The translations under genes were made by a program, and so were the position numbers. The notes below the pieces were generated by a model, which ran no database searches, was not told where the DNA came from, and worked only from the letters and a program-made list of their open reading frames with translations. From Dehalococcoidia bacterium (lineage in GTDB: Bacteria; Chloroflexota; Dehalococcoidia; SHYD01), in contig OZ244809.1 of NCBI GenBank assembly GCA_965220215.1, forward strand, positions 759,702-823,701: a stretch of DNA of 64,000 nucleotides, given 5' to 3'. Shown here in pieces: positions 20,928 through 31,065 of the stretch. The first letter of the stretch is position 1, and every line of letters starts with the position of its first letter.

Positions 20928-21290
20928 ATGCCCAACGCAGCTAACGATCCCGAGCGCCCGGAAGAGCCCCGGCCGCAGGAAGCCTCCCAGGAGCCTCAGA
21001 CCCAGGCCGAACAAGATGAGCAGGCCGCCGGCCAAGCGCCGGAAGGAGAGCAGCTAGACGCCACTCCTTGGGAAGAGCCTCTGGTGCCTAGCCGGGCTAT
21101 CTTCACCGCGATCTACAAGGCCGGTGGGAAGAACGCTGACGATCTTCAACGGCTGCTCATGAGCAACCAGACGACTCTGGGCTGGGCAGATTTCTGGGCC
21201 AACGAAGGTTATCTGACCCGCACTCAAGGCAACGGCGGCCAGCGCTTTGCCCTCTCACACCGGGCCGTGCTGGAACTAGAACTGGAATAA
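20928..21290 (+). CDS. Hypothetical protein: acidic disordered N-terminus, possible winged-helix C-terminus
   Basis: ORF with GGAG RBS between nrdR and nrdJ; coding-like composition. Confidence 0.65.
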   Translation: MPNAANDPERPEEPRPQEASQEPQTQAEQDEQAAGQAPEGEQLDATPWEEPLVPSRAIFTAIYKAGGKNADDLQRLLMSNQTTLGWADFWANEGYLTRTQGNGGQRFALSHRAVLELELE

Positions 21291-21308
21291 CCCTTAGCCG
21301 CCCACTGC

Positions 21309-21337
21309 TTGTATACGAAAAGCACACCATTTATAAG
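21309..21337 (+). promoter_or_regulatory. Probable internal promoter for nrdJ
   Basis: TTGTAT-N17-TATAAG in an AT-rich gap. Confidence 0.5.
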
Positions 21338-21364
21338 AAAAAATTTAAAGTTAAAGGTAGAGCT

Positions 21365-24004
21365 ATGGCAACGAGGCAGAGCGCAAGAAACCGCAAAGCG
21401 ACCGGAGATGAGGCCGCCGCGACGACTACCCCGCAGGTAACCGAACCGTCGCGCCCCAAGAAACCGTGGTCCGTAACAGAGACAGCCGCCGCTATCAACA
21501 TTACGAACCCAAAGGCGGTGACTCGCCTGGAACGAGAGGTGGCCGCTAAGCAAGCGGGCCGCTCCTTTGGCCCGCCTCAGCCGCCCCCAGCTGTCTACAT
21601 AGCGCCCACCCGAGTGGAGGGTCTACCCAAGCTCACTCCCCAAGCTACTACCGTCCTGGAAAAGCGCTACATGAAGAAGGACATGCAAGGCAAGCTCATT
21701 GAGCACCCCGACATGATGTTCCGGCGCGTGGCGGAGAATCTGGCAGAGGCAGAGGTGCTCTACAACCCCACCGCCAACAGGGCTGCCTGGGCGGAAGAGT
21801 TCTATCAGGCCATGGCTACGCTGGACTTCCTTCCCAACTCCCCTGCCTTGGCCAACGCCGGACGGGAGCTGCAGCAGCTCTCCGCCTGCTTTGTGCTGCC
21901 GGTGGAGGACTCCCTGGACAAGATCTTCGAGTCGGTGAAGCACACGGCGCTCATCCATAAGACGGGCGGCGGCACTGGCTTCAGCTTCGGACGGCTGCGC
22001 CCTGCCGATGACATCGTCTCGTCCACGGGACAGGTAGCCAGCGGCCCGGTCTCCTTTATGCGCGTCTTCGACGCCGCCACAGAGGCCATCAAGCAGGGCG
22101 GTATGCGCCGGGGCGCCAACATGGGCATTCTGCCTGTTACCCACCCGGACATCATGGAGTTCATCACCTGCAAGGCAGACATGGTCTCTATCACCAATTT
22201 CAATATCTCCATCACCGTCACCGAGGACTTCATGCAGGCAGTGCTCGACGACACTGAGTACGACCTCATCAACCCCCGCTCGGGTGAGCCTTGCGGTCGT
22301 CGTCAGGCTCGCGAAGTGTTCAAGGCCATGACGGAGAACGCTTGGACTAACGGCGACCCCGGCATCGTCTTTATCGATCGCATCAACCGCGACCATCCCA
22401 GCCACAACATCGGACCCGTTGAGAGCACCAACCCCTGCGGCGAGCAGCCCCTGATGCCCTATGAGTCCTGCAACCTGGGTTCCCTGAACCTGGCTAAGTT
22501 CGTCATCCCCACCGCCAGCGGCAGGGTCACGGACGGCTGGGGCCAGGACCCCATGGCCCGAGTAGACTGGGAGCGTATGGGCACAGTTATCAAGCTGGCT
22601 ACTCGCTTCCTGGACAACGTCATCGACATGAACCTGTACATCGTCCCTGAGATAGAGTTGATGACCAAGGGTACCCGCAAGATCGGCCTGGGCGTTATGG
22701 GCTGGGCCGACATGCTGGTGCAGCTTGGCCTGGGCTACAACTCCCCGGAGGCCCTCCGCCTGGGCGAGCGGGTGATGGAGTTCATCAACGAGAGGTCGAA
22801 CGAGACCTCCCAGGAACTGGCCATCGAACGTGGCGTCTTCCCCACCTGGGAGGGCAGCCTCTACGACTATCCCGGCGGCCCCCGCTATCGCAACTCCACC
22901 CGTACCACTATTGCCCCCACCGGCACCATCTCCCTCATCGCAGGCGCATCCAGCGGTGTGGAACCCATCTTTGCCCTGTGCTTCATGCACCACGGCCTGG
23001 AGGGCGCCATCAAGGACCGCTTCGTGAACCCCTACTTTGAGACGGTGGCGCGGGAGCGCGGCTTCTTCTCCGAGGACCTGCTGGACGTCATCGCGGCCCA
23101 CGGCAGTTGTCACGACGTGCCCGGCGTACCGGAGGACGTGCAACGGGTCTTCACCACGGCCCACGATGTGGAGCCGCTGGCCCACGTGCGTATGCAGGCC
23201 GCTTTCCAGCGCTATACGGATAACGCGGTCAGCAAGACCATCAACTTCCCGGCCCAGGCCTCCGTGCAGGACGTGTGGGACGCTTACATGCTGGCCTACC
23301 GAGAGGGCTGCAAGGGCATCACCATTTACCGTGACAGCAGCCGCACCGGCCAGGTGCTCACCGCCGGCGATAACTCCTCCGTAACGGCGCAGGCCGCGGC
23401 CGCAGCAGCTACGCCGGCCATGGACGAAGGCCGCTGGCGTCAGGCGGTGGCCGCTCGCCCGGATGTGCTCAACTCCAAGACCATCAAACAGATCACCCCC
23501 TTCGGCAACCTCTACGTGACCGTCAGCGAATGGGAGCCAGGCGATCCCTTTGAGGTCTTTGCCACCGTTGGCAAGGCGGGGTCGGACATCCAGGCCATGA
23601 CGGAGGCCGCCTGCCGCTCCATCTCCCAGCTTCTGCGGGTGGCCTCCCCCATCCCGCGACGGGAGCGCCTGCTGCTGCTCATCGAGCAGTTTGAAGGCAT
23701 TGGCGGCTACGCTACCAGCGGTTTCGGCAGCGCTCGGGTCCGCTCCATTCCCGACGCCATCGCCAAGGCCCTACGCCGCTACTTAGGCGAGAACATCACC
23801 GAGCTAGAGGTGGCCCTGCATCAGGAGACCTATGCGCTCCCGGAGACCGCCGGCTCGGCTCAAGAGCTGCCTATGGCCAAGATGTCCGCGGAGTATGCGG
23901 AAGGACGCTCTATTGGGGCCATCTGCTCGGACTGTGGTCAGGCCGCCGTCTACATGTCGGAAGGCTGCATGACCTGCCAGTCCTGCGGCTGGAGCCAGTG
24001 CTAG
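21365..24004 (+). CDS. nrdJ: Class II (adenosylcobalamin-dependent) ribonucleotide reductase with TSCPD and Zn-ribbon C-terminus
   Basis: [33 protein letters not shown] motifs and terminal [14 protein letters not shown]. Confidence 0.95.
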   Translation: MATRQSARNRKATGDEAAATTTPQVTEPSRPKKPWSVTETAAAINITNPKAVTRLEREVAAKQAGRSFGPPQPPPAVYIAPTRVEGLPKLTPQATTVLEKRYMKKDMQGKLIEHPDMMFRRVAENLAEAEVLYNPTANRAAWAEEFYQAMATLDFLPNSPALANAGRELQQLSACFVLPVEDSLDKIFESVKHTALIHKTGGGTGFSFGRLRPADDIVSSTGQVASGPVSFMRVFDAATEAIKQGGMRRGANMGILPVTHPDIMEFITCKADMVSITNFNISITVTEDFMQAVLDDTEYDLINPRSGEPCGRRQAREVFKAMTENAWTNGDPGIVFIDRINRDHPSHNIGPVESTNPCGEQPLMPYESCNLGSLNLAKFVIPTASGRVTDGWGQDPMARVDWERMGTVIKLATRFLDNVIDMNLYIVPEIELMTKGTRKIGLGVMGWADMLVQLGLGYNSPEALRLGERVMEFINERSNETSQELAIERGVFPTWEGSLYDYPGGPRYRNSTRTTIAPTGTISLIAGASSGVEPIFALCFMHHGLEGAIKDRFVNPYFETVARERGFFSEDLLDVIAAHGSCHDVPGVPEDVQRVFTTAHDVEPLAHVRMQAAFQRYTDNAVSKTINFPAQASVQDVWDAYMLAYREGCKGITIYRDSSRTGQVLTAGDNSSVTAQAAAAAATPAMDEGRWRQAVAARPDVLNSKTIKQITPFGNLYVTVSEWEPGDPFEVFATVGKAGSDIQAMTEAACRSISQLLRVASPIPRRERLLLLIEQFEGIGGYATSGFGSARVRSIPDAIAKALRRYLGENITELEVALHQETYALPETAGSAQELPMAKMSAEYAEGRSIGAICSDCGQAAVYMSEGCMTCQSCGWSQC

Positions 24005-24016
24005 CTAACATCTGCC

Positions 24017-24432
24017 CAGCGGGGAGTCCTGAGGGGCTGGCCCCGCAGGCAGGGAGTTTGAGGGGTGTCCCCTCTTATCCAGTTTTCTTCCCCCTCTCCC
24101 TAGGAGAGAGAGGGGACTAAGGGGAAAGGGTGCCATGGTCATTCGTAGGGGCCTGCAACGGGGAGTCCTGAGGGGCCTGCCCCGCAGGCAGGGAGTTTGA
24201 GGAGTGTCCCCTCATATCCAGTTTTCTTCCCCCTCTCCCTAGGAGAGAGAGGGGACTAAGGGGAGAGGGTGTCATGGTCATACACAGGGGCCTGCAACGG
24301 GGAGTCCTGAGGGGCTGGCCCCGCAGGCAGGGAGTTTGAGGGGTGTCCCCTCATATCCAGTTTCCTTCCCCTCTCCCTCGTAGGGAGAGGGGACTAAGGG
24401 GAGAGGGTGCCATGGTCATACACAGGGGCCTG
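24017..24432 (+). repeat. Tandem array 1: three ~139-bp multi-hairpin units
   Basis: Units start at 24017, 24156 and 24295 (139/139/138 bp) and are near-identical. Hairpins: GGGGC-TG-GCCCC, TGAGGGG-TGT-CCCCTCA and CCCCTCTCCCT-N3-AGGGAGAGGGG. Confidence 0.95.
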
Positions 24433-24738
24433 CAAAGAAGTGACGTTACTCGGGCGGCAGAAGCCGCCGTAGCGCAATGTCTGCGCCGCGACGACTGGCA
24501 GATCGCCTGGGACAACCGGGACACCGCCCTCTCCTACATCGAGGCACGCAAGGGGACTGCCCTACTGCTGGTGCGGGTGACCTCCGCCATCGCGCCCGAC
24601 GCACCGGACCTGCCCGGCAGCAGCGAGTCAATCCAGCTGCGCCAGCGGGCAACAGAGCTAGAGACAGTGGCATGGATTGCAAAAGTTCGCCTGGACGGCG
24701 ACCTGAACCTCAACCGGATCGACTGGGTACCGCTCTAA
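24412..24738 (+). CDS. Small PD-(D/E)XK (Hjc/YraN-like) fold protein with degenerate catalytic positions
   Basis: RAAEAAVAQCLRRDDWQI...YIEARKGTALLLVRVTSA resembles the Hjc/YraN pattern E...L...(D)IIA...LxxExK, but D and ExK are not conserved. Confidence 0.5.
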   Translation: MVIHRGLQRSDVTRAAEAAVAQCLRRDDWQIAWDNRDTALSYIEARKGTALLLVRVTSAIAPDAPDLPGSSESIQLRQRATELETVAWIAKVRLDGDLNLNRIDWVPL

Positions 24739-24808
24739 CAACTAGATGAGAAAGCATTTCAAGAGACCCTAGGCCGCCTGGTCTGGCGGCGAATCGTTAT
24801 CAAGCTAG

Positions 24809-25468
24809 ATGACCTTTAGAAGATTCTCCTTCCGCCCATCTCCAACGCCGCAGCCAGCGGAGTATCCTTTCCACGTCTACCTTTCCCACGCCCATGAAGA
24901 CTTCCTGGTAGTGGAGCGGCTCTGGCACGTGCTGGAGCGGCTAGGTCTACGGGCCTATATGTATGAACACTACCCACATCCCGGCACCTCCGTGAACAAT
25001 GCGGTCATTGGTGCTATGCGCGACAGCTCGGAGATCGTTTCCTTCCTGACGGATGGTGGCGCGAGCTCGGCGTGGGTGCACCAGGAGCTGGGCGCAGCGC
25101 TCGCGTTGGGAAAGCCGGTGGTGCCGGTGGTGGAGGTGAACGCAGTGCAAGCGCCAGGGTTCATGCCGCTGAACCGGCCCGTCCTCTTTCAGCCGCAGCA
25201 TCCAGAGCCCGCTCTAGGCGAGTTGCTGTGTCTCCTCCGCGCCGACTTCAGCATGATGGACACGGACATCTCAGTGCAATGTCCCTCATGCCAGAGCTAC
25301 TGGAAAGTGCACTTGCCTCGCATCCACGAGGCCCGGACCGCTATGGAGATGGAGAGGCCACTGGGCCCGCACCTCTGCAAGGGCTGCGCGGAGAACGTCT
25401 ATCTTTCCCCCTACACCTACGAGGCTATGAGCCAGCAGCTAGCTCTGGGCCGTACCTGGTCGGAGTAA
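24809..25468 (+). CDS. TIR-domain protein with C-terminal Zn ribbon
   Basis: HVYLSHAHED (TIR beta-A), SSAWVHQELGAA (catalytic Glu helix), GKPVVPV, then CPSC...CKGC. Confidence 0.8.
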   Translation: MTFRRFSFRPSPTPQPAEYPFHVYLSHAHEDFLVVERLWHVLERLGLRAYMYEHYPHPGTSVNNAVIGAMRDSSEIVSFLTDGGASSAWVHQELGAALALGKPVVPVVEVNAVQAPGFMPLNRPVLFQPQHPEPALGELLCLLRADFSMMDTDISVQCPSCQSYWKVHLPRIHEARTAMEMERPLGPHLCKGCAENVYLSPYTYEAMSQQLALGRTWSE

Positions 25469-25620
25469 ACGCCGCGCTCAGGCGCAAGGGTTTTTGCGCC
25501 CGCACCCCGTGAGAAGGGGCTGGCGTTAGCGGGGAGTTGACGGCATGCTGCCGGGCATCGCCGGCAACGGTGGACCATAGCTGAGGGCCAGCATTGTTTG
25601 CCCTAACACAAAAGGGATTC

Positions 25621-26091
25621 TTACCGTGCGTGTTCCAGGGCGCCGGCGCGCAGGCGTCGGAGTTGGCTGATGTGATCGGTTTCGTGAAGGGTTTCCCGAT
25701 CAAGCATCGCTCGCAGACTGATGATGCCCGTCTCCTCGTGGGTGCCGCGCCGGTCCCAGCTAGCGGGTGCAAGGTCCCGCAGGAAGCTGATTATCTCCAG
25801 CCTGTTCTCGATGAGGGCCGGCAGTACCAGCGCCGTATCCTCAGCAAGATAGCCTTTTGCGTGCTCTTCCTGGTTCCAGGCCGGCAGGTAAGGCTCATCA
25901 CGCGTGGCAATGCGCTGCATGCGCACGTTGTAGAGATTGGCGGAGTCTCGCAGGTGGCAGAGCACCTCTTTCACTGACCACTCGCCATCCTCGGGATGCC
26001 ACCGGAGCTGCTCTTCACTCAACCCGGCAACGAGCGCATTCACTTTCGAGGGCACTCCGGCCAAAACAGCCAAACAGCGTTCTACTTCCAT
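25621..26091 (-). CDS. DinB/YfiT-like protein
   Basis: WSVKEVLCHL and HETDHISQL metal-ligand pattern. Confidence 0.85.
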   Translation of the reverse strand: MEVERCLAVLAGVPSKVNALVAGLSEEQLRWHPEDGEWSVKEVLCHLRDSANLYNVRMQRIATRDEPYLPAWNQEEHAKGYLAEDTALVLPALIENRLEIISFLRDLAPASWDRRGTHEETGIISLRAMLDRETLHETDHISQLRRLRAGALEHAR

Positions 26092-26240
26092 GGCTCCTCA
26101 CACCTGCTAAGAATAGGCTCTCATTCTACTCTAAGAATCACCCTTTGTTATGAGATATTCCACAGCTCTCTGACCTTCTGCTCAAGGGTTGGAGACAACC
26201 TATTCATCCTTGTCCTCCTTTAATGGACAGGCAAACGAGA

Positions 26241-26368
26241 CTTAAGGCTTCCGGAAGCCCCTTCGTGTTCGTAGGGGCGGGTTTGAAACCCGCCCCTACA
26301 GGGTTTACCCCCCGCTCCAGCGATTGAGAACAATCTGCTGCTGTTCCTCAAGATAAGTCGCAGGATAG
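26241..26368 (-). mobile_element. RAYT/REP remnant, copy A
   Basis: REP palindrome GTAGGGGCGGGTTTGAAACCCGCCCCTAC (26271-26299) with flanks homologous to the 35.8 and 43.1 kb copies. Confidence 0.75.
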
Positions 26369-26626
26369 AGCTTCTCTAGAATTAGTACCTTAAAGGCTGT
26401 AGACCGTGGATTGGTTTGAAGCCGAGCCGGCAAGAATCTGCTCGTCTGAGCTTGTTGAAGCGCCGGGCACTCCTGGATTCAACGGAACCGCTACAAGCCC
26501 TAAGCAGCTTGCAGGAAATTGCCCCGCTACCAAGTTGCAGCTTTTTGTGACGAATAGCCTTCACTCACCTATAATGGGTGAAACCTATGATGGAGACATG
26601 AACATAATTAACACTACGAGCACGCA

Positions 26627-28294
26627 ATGGCCTGGAATCAGATAAGCCAACTACGCGGCCAGCTGGCTAAAGAGCAGGGCACGGTTCTCAAGGATTGGGG
26701 TGGCAAGACCGCCATAGCCTTGGCCTACCCCAACAACTACTATCTTGGCATGTCCAACCTGGGCTTTCAGACCATTTACGATAAGTGGAACTCCCTGGAT
26801 GAGGTCGTTTGTGAGCGCGTTTTTTGGGAACTGCCGAAGGACGAAGCGCCCCTTGCGCCCTTGAGCATAGAGTCTCAGCGGCCTATGCGGGATTTCAGCA
26901 TGGTGGCCTTCTCCATCTCCTACGAGCTGGACTTCTTCAACATCCCACACTTCCTGCGAGCCGCCGGCATTCCGGTGCGCGCCGAGGACCGGGACGATAG
27001 GCATCCGCTCCTGATCTGCGGCGGGCCCTGTGCGACGGCCAACCCTGAACCCCTGTCCCTCTTCTTCGACGCCTTTGTGGTGGGCGAGGGCGAGCCGGTG
27101 CTCTGCGCCCTCGCGGAGATAGCCGGTTCGGGCGCCAGCCACTACGATCAGTTGGAGGAGCTCTCCCGCGTGCCGGGCGTCTACGTGCCCCTAGTGCACC
27201 GTCCCCTCATAGAAGGAGGCGAGGAGTTCCCGGGCATTACCCGCCAGCTTGAATGGAACATGAACAACTACGCCACCATGAGCCGCCTCTACACGCCGGA
27301 CACGGAGCTAGGCGACCTCTCTTTAATGGAGATCGCCCGCGGTTGCGGCCGGGGATGCCGCTTCTGCCTGGTGGGCTACCTGTCTCGCCCGCCGCGCTTC
27401 CGCTCCATGGACCTGCTGCTGGAAGACGCCAAGGAGGCGCTGCGGCATCGGGAACGCATCGGGCTGGTTGGGCCAATCGTCTCCGACCATCCGGAGCTGG
27501 AGGATCTGGTGCTGGCCCTGCGGGCTATGGGCGCCAGGCTCTCCTTTAGCTCACTGCGGACGGACAACCTCTCGCCGGTGGTAGTGCAGGCGCTGGTGGA
27601 GAGCGGCACCAAGACGGTGACCATCGCGCCGGAGGCCGGCAGCGAGCGCATGCGCCGCTATATCAACAAGGGGGTGACGGAGGAGGACTGCTTCCGCGCC
27701 GCCGACCTTATAGGCCACTACGGCGTGCGGCAGGTGAAGATGTACTTTATGGTGGGCTTGCCCACAGAGACCGAAGAGGACATTGTCGCGATGGCGGACC
27801 TAGCCCAGGCCTGCAAAGTTCGCCTGGACCGCCAGAATCCCGGCACCCAGATGACGCTGAACGTAAGCCCTTTTGTGCCTAAGCCGGTGACACCGCTACA
27901 GTGGGCGCCCATGACCACGCCGGCGCTTATCACCAGCCGTCTCAACCTGCTGCGCTCCACCCTGAAGCCCAAAGGCATCAAGGTGCGGGCGGACAGCCCC
28001 GAGTGGTACTGGATAGAGGGCATCCTCTCCCGGGGCGACCGCCGCGTGGGCGAGGTGATAGAGCTGATGGAGCAGACCAGCCTGGGCGCATGGAAACGGG
28101 CCGCAGCGGCCGCGCAGGTCGACGTGAACGCCTATATCGACCATCCCCTCACCGTAGGGGAACCGCTGCCCTGGTCCATGCTGGACTCGGGCATGCCCAA
28201 CAAGTTCTTCAGCATGGAGCTGGCCCGAGCGGGGAAACTCAACGTCTCCCGCCCTTGCCCGCCCTCCGGCTGCAAGCTGTGCGGAGTCTGCTAG
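26627..28294 (+). CDS. B12-binding-like/radical SAM protein (TIGR03960-like)
   Basis: YPNNYYLGMSNLG, SISYELD and CGRGCRFC (CxxxCxxC) motifs; TIAPEAGSERMR. Confidence 0.85.
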   Translation: MAWNQISQLRGQLAKEQGTVLKDWGGKTAIALAYPNNYYLGMSNLGFQTIYDKWNSLDEVVCERVFWELPKDEAPLAPLSIESQRPMRDFSMVAFSISYELDFFNIPHFLRAAGIPVRAEDRDDRHPLLICGGPCATANPEPLSLFFDAFVVGEGEPVLCALAEIAGSGASHYDQLEELSRVPGVYVPLVHRPLIEGGEEFPGITRQLEWNMNNYATMSRLYTPDTELGDLSLMEIARGCGRGCRFCLVGYLSRPPRFRSMDLLLEDAKEALRHRERIGLVGPIVSDHPELEDLVLALRAMGARLSFSSLRTDNLSPVVVQALVESGTKTVTIAPEAGSERMRRYINKGVTEEDCFRAADLIGHYGVRQVKMYFMVGLPTETEEDIVAMADLAQACKVRLDRQNPGTQMTLNVSPFVPKPVTPLQWAPMTTPALITSRLNLLRSTLKPKGIKVRADSPEWYWIEGILSRGDRRVGEVIELMEQTSLGAWKRAAAAAQVDVNAYIDHPLTVGEPLPWSMLDSGMPNKFFSMELARAGKLNVSRPCPPSGCKLCGVC

Positions 28295-28295
28295 C

Positions 28296-29000
28296 ATGAC
28301 CACCGCTACAGCGCTCTCCCCGGCGCGCCTCGCGGAGGTCAACGCCAACGTTGGGGAGGTGATGGGCCGCATTGCCGCAGCCGCCAGCGCCGCAGGACGA
28401 GATCCCTCGGAAGTGACGCTGGCGGCAGTGAGCAAGACCTTTTCTAAAGAGCTGGTGGAGGCCGCGCATGGGGCCGGCGTGCGCCACTTCGGCGAGAACT
28501 GGGTGCAGGAAGCCGCGGAGAAACTGCCCGCACTCGCTTATCTCACTCCTAAGCCCACCTGGCATCTCATCGGTCACCTTCAGACCAACAAGGTCAAGGC
28601 AGCCCTCGACCTCTTTGATGTGCTCGAGAGCATCAATTCCGTGCACCTCGCCGAGGCCCTGGCCCGCCGCGCCGGCGGCCGCACCCTGCGCCTTCTGCTG
28701 GAGGTCAACGTCTCCGGCGAACCCAGCAAACACGGCTTCCGCCCAGAGGATCTGCCCGCGGCGCTCCAGACCATCCGAGCAGTGCCGGAGCTTTCGGTAG
28801 AGGGTATGATGACCGTGGCGCCGGAGACCAGCGATCCGGAGTTGGTTCGCCCGGTCTTCCGCCGCTTGCGAGGGCTCCGGGACGAGCATGGCCTGCGGGA
28901 ACTTTCCATGGGTATGAGCGGCGACTACGAGGTTGCTATTCAGGAAGGGGCGACTATGGTGCGCATTGGACGGGCAATCTTTGGAGCAAGGACGTACTAG
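28296..29000 (+). CDS. yggS: PLP homeostasis protein YggS
   Basis: AVSKT, FGENWVQE, WHLIGHLQTNK, SMGMSGDY and VRIGRAIFG. Confidence 0.95.
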   Translation: MTTATALSPARLAEVNANVGEVMGRIAAAASAAGRDPSEVTLAAVSKTFSKELVEAAHGAGVRHFGENWVQEAAEKLPALAYLTPKPTWHLIGHLQTNKVKAALDLFDVLESINSVHLAEALARRAGGRTLRLLLEVNVSGEPSKHGFRPEDLPAALQTIRAVPELSVEGMMTVAPETSDPELVRPVFRRLRGLRDEHGLRELSMGMSGDYEVAIQEGATMVRIGRAIFGARTY

Positions 29001-29001
29001 T

Positions 29002-29820
29002 ATGCTCAACTCCTTCACTATCATCGGAGGCGGCGTCATGGGTGAGGCTATCCTGGCGCGTCTGCTGGCGCAAGGCGTGGTCGCAGCAGCCAATGTGATG
29101 GTTGCGGAACCCGTCGCGGCCCGCCGAGATCAACTTGCCTCCGACTACGCCATTACGTGCAGCGCTACCAACCGTGAAGCGGTGGAAGAAGCAGAGACCA
29201 TACTGCTCGCGGTGAAACCCCAGACCCTGAAGCAGGTCTTCTCAGACCTCAGCGGTGTCCTGGTTCCGGACCAGCTGGTGCTCTCCATCATCGCGGGCGC
29301 CACCCTACGCTCCCTTACCAAGGGCCTGGATCACGAAGCCGTGGTGCGGGTGATGCCCAACACACCGGCACAGATTGGCTTGGGTATGAGCATGTGGACG
29401 GCCACCTCCGCCGTGACCGATGCGCAGAAGACTGCGGCGTTGGAGGTGTTGTATGTGCTGGGAGACGAGATCTACGCTGCAGATGAGCACTACCTAGACA
29501 TGGCCACCGCCGTGAGCGGCAGCGGGCCCGCGTACGTCTTTCTGGTGCTGGAAGCCCTTACCGATGCAGGAGTGCACATTGGCCTGAGCCGGGAGGTGGC
29601 GGAGCGTATGGCGCTGCAAACACTGGTGGGATCATCCCTATACGCCAAGGAAACGGGAGCGCATCCGGCAGTGCTGAGGAACCAGGTCACTTCACCTGGC
29701 GGCACCACCACGGAAGCGCTCCAAGTCATGGAGGACGGCGCCCTCCGCAGCATCTTCATTCGGGCAGTAGAGGCGGCTTACCTCAAATCACAAACCCTGG
29801 GTAATAAACAGGAGGACTAG
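29002..29820 (+). CDS. proC: Pyrroline-5-carboxylate reductase
   Basis: IGGGVMG, AVKPQ, RVMPNTP, SGSGPAY and TSPGGTT; ATG at 29002. Confidence 0.96.
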   Translation: MLNSFTIIGGGVMGEAILARLLAQGVVAAANVMVAEPVAARRDQLASDYAITCSATNREAVEEAETILLAVKPQTLKQVFSDLSGVLVPDQLVLSIIAGATLRSLTKGLDHEAVVRVMPNTPAQIGLGMSMWTATSAVTDAQKTAALEVLYVLGDEIYAADEHYLDMATAVSGSGPAYVFLVLEALTDAGVHIGLSREVAERMALQTLVGSSLYAKETGAHPAVLRNQVTSPGGTTTEALQVMEDGALRSIFIRAVEAAYLKSQTLGNKQED

Positions 29821-30071
29821 TGGATTTTATCGCACAGTTTATTTTCTTTGTCATTCAAGTGCTTACTTGGGCCATCTTCATAAGGGCCATTCTCTCCTGG
29901 TTCCCTGTCTCCAGGGACAACACTATGGTGACGCTGCTGATGCAGGTCACCGATCCCATTCTCCTCCCCATCCGTCGCGTCGTGCCCACCATTGCGAATA
30001 TAGATATCACGCCCCTGGTGGCGATTTTTCTCCTGCAGTTCCTGGGGGAGTTCCTTATTCGGCTCCTCTAA
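29820..30071 (+). CDS. yggT: YggT family membrane protein
   Basis: RAILSWF, TDPILLPIRR and DITPLVA. Confidence 0.92.
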   Translation: MDFIAQFIFFVIQVLTWAIFIRAILSWFPVSRDNTMVTLLMQVTDPILLPIRRVVPTIANIDITPLVAIFLLQFLGEFLIRLL

Positions 30072-30342
30072 TGGGCAGCGCGTCCAGCCGCCGGCGCAGC
30101 TCCTCTGCGCTCATAGTCTCGACAAGCAGCACCTTATCGCGGCCGCGCGCTCCTCTGTGGAGGGTCACGGCGCTCTTGGGCACATCCAGCGTCTGCGCCA
30201 CCAGCTCGGTGACCGCCCGATTAGCCTGACCATCTCTCGCGGGCGCGTGGACGCTGAGCCGGAGCACACCCTCTTCCCAGCCGATGATCCGGGTCTCACG
30301 CGCGCCGGGGCGCACCCGTATCTGTAATCGCACTACGTCCAT
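30055..30342 (-). CDS. yggU: DUF167/YggU family protein
   Basis: From ATG 30342: LQIRVRPGA...APARDGQANRAV...GARGRDK. Confidence 0.88.
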   Translation of the reverse strand: MDVVRLQIRVRPGARETRIIGWEEGVLRLSVHAPARDGQANRAVTELVAQTLDVPKSAVTLHRGARGRDKVLLVETMSAEELRRRLDALPIRGAE

Positions 30343-30420
30343 ATCCTGTTCGCCCTGCTCTGAGTCTATCACTCCATAACATGCTTCCTGAGGCCGGTCC
30401 AATGCTAACGAACATTTACC

Positions 30421-31065
30421 CAACGGGGAACCCTGAGGGGCCAGCCCCGCAGGCAGGGAGTTTGAGGGGTGTCCCCTCATATCCAATTCTCTTCTCCCCT
30501 CTCCCTCGTAGCGAGAGGGGAGAAGGGGAGTGGGTGCCTTTGGTCATACATAGACCCTGCAACGGGGCGTCCTGAGGGGCTGGCCCCTCATATCCAATTC
30601 TCTTCTCCCCCTTCCCTCGTAGCGAGAGGGGATCAAGGGGAGTGGGTGCCTTTGGTCATACATAGACCCTGCAACGGGGCGTCCTGAGGGGCTGGCCCCT
30701 CATATCCAATTCTCTTCTCCCCCTTCCCTCGTAGCGAGAGGGGATCAAGGGGAGTGGGTGCCTTTGGTCATACATAGACCCTGCAACGGGGAGTCCTGAG
30801 GGGCTGGCCCCGCAGGCAGGGAGTTTGAGGGGTGTCCCCTCATAGCCAATTCCCTTCTCCCCCTTCCCTCGTATGGAGAGGGGATCAAGGGGAGTGGGTG
30901 CCTTTGGTCATACATAGACCCTGCAACGGGGAGTCCTGAGGGGCTGGCCCCGCAGGCAGGGAGTTTGAGGGGTGTCCCCTCATAGCCAATTCCCTTCTCC
31001 CCCCTTCCCTCGTATGGAGAGGGGATCAAGGGGAGCGAGTGACATTAGTCATACATAAGGGCCTG
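30421..31065 (+). repeat. Tandem array 2: five units of the same family as array 1 (139, 112, 112, 140, 142 bp)
   Basis: Units start at 30421, 30560, 30672, 30784 and 30924. Units 2 and 3 lack ~28 bp between CCCC microhomologies. Confidence 0.95.

Noticed and set aside
24343-24411. N-terminal extensions or ORFs read through the repeat arrays (also 30343-30486, 30381-31029)
   Set aside because: They are translations of repeat DNA; better starts with RBS exist at 24412 and 30342.
24017-31065. Repeat arrays as CRISPR arrays
   Set aside because: The units are 112-142 bp and near-identical throughout, with no unique spacers, and there are no cas genes.
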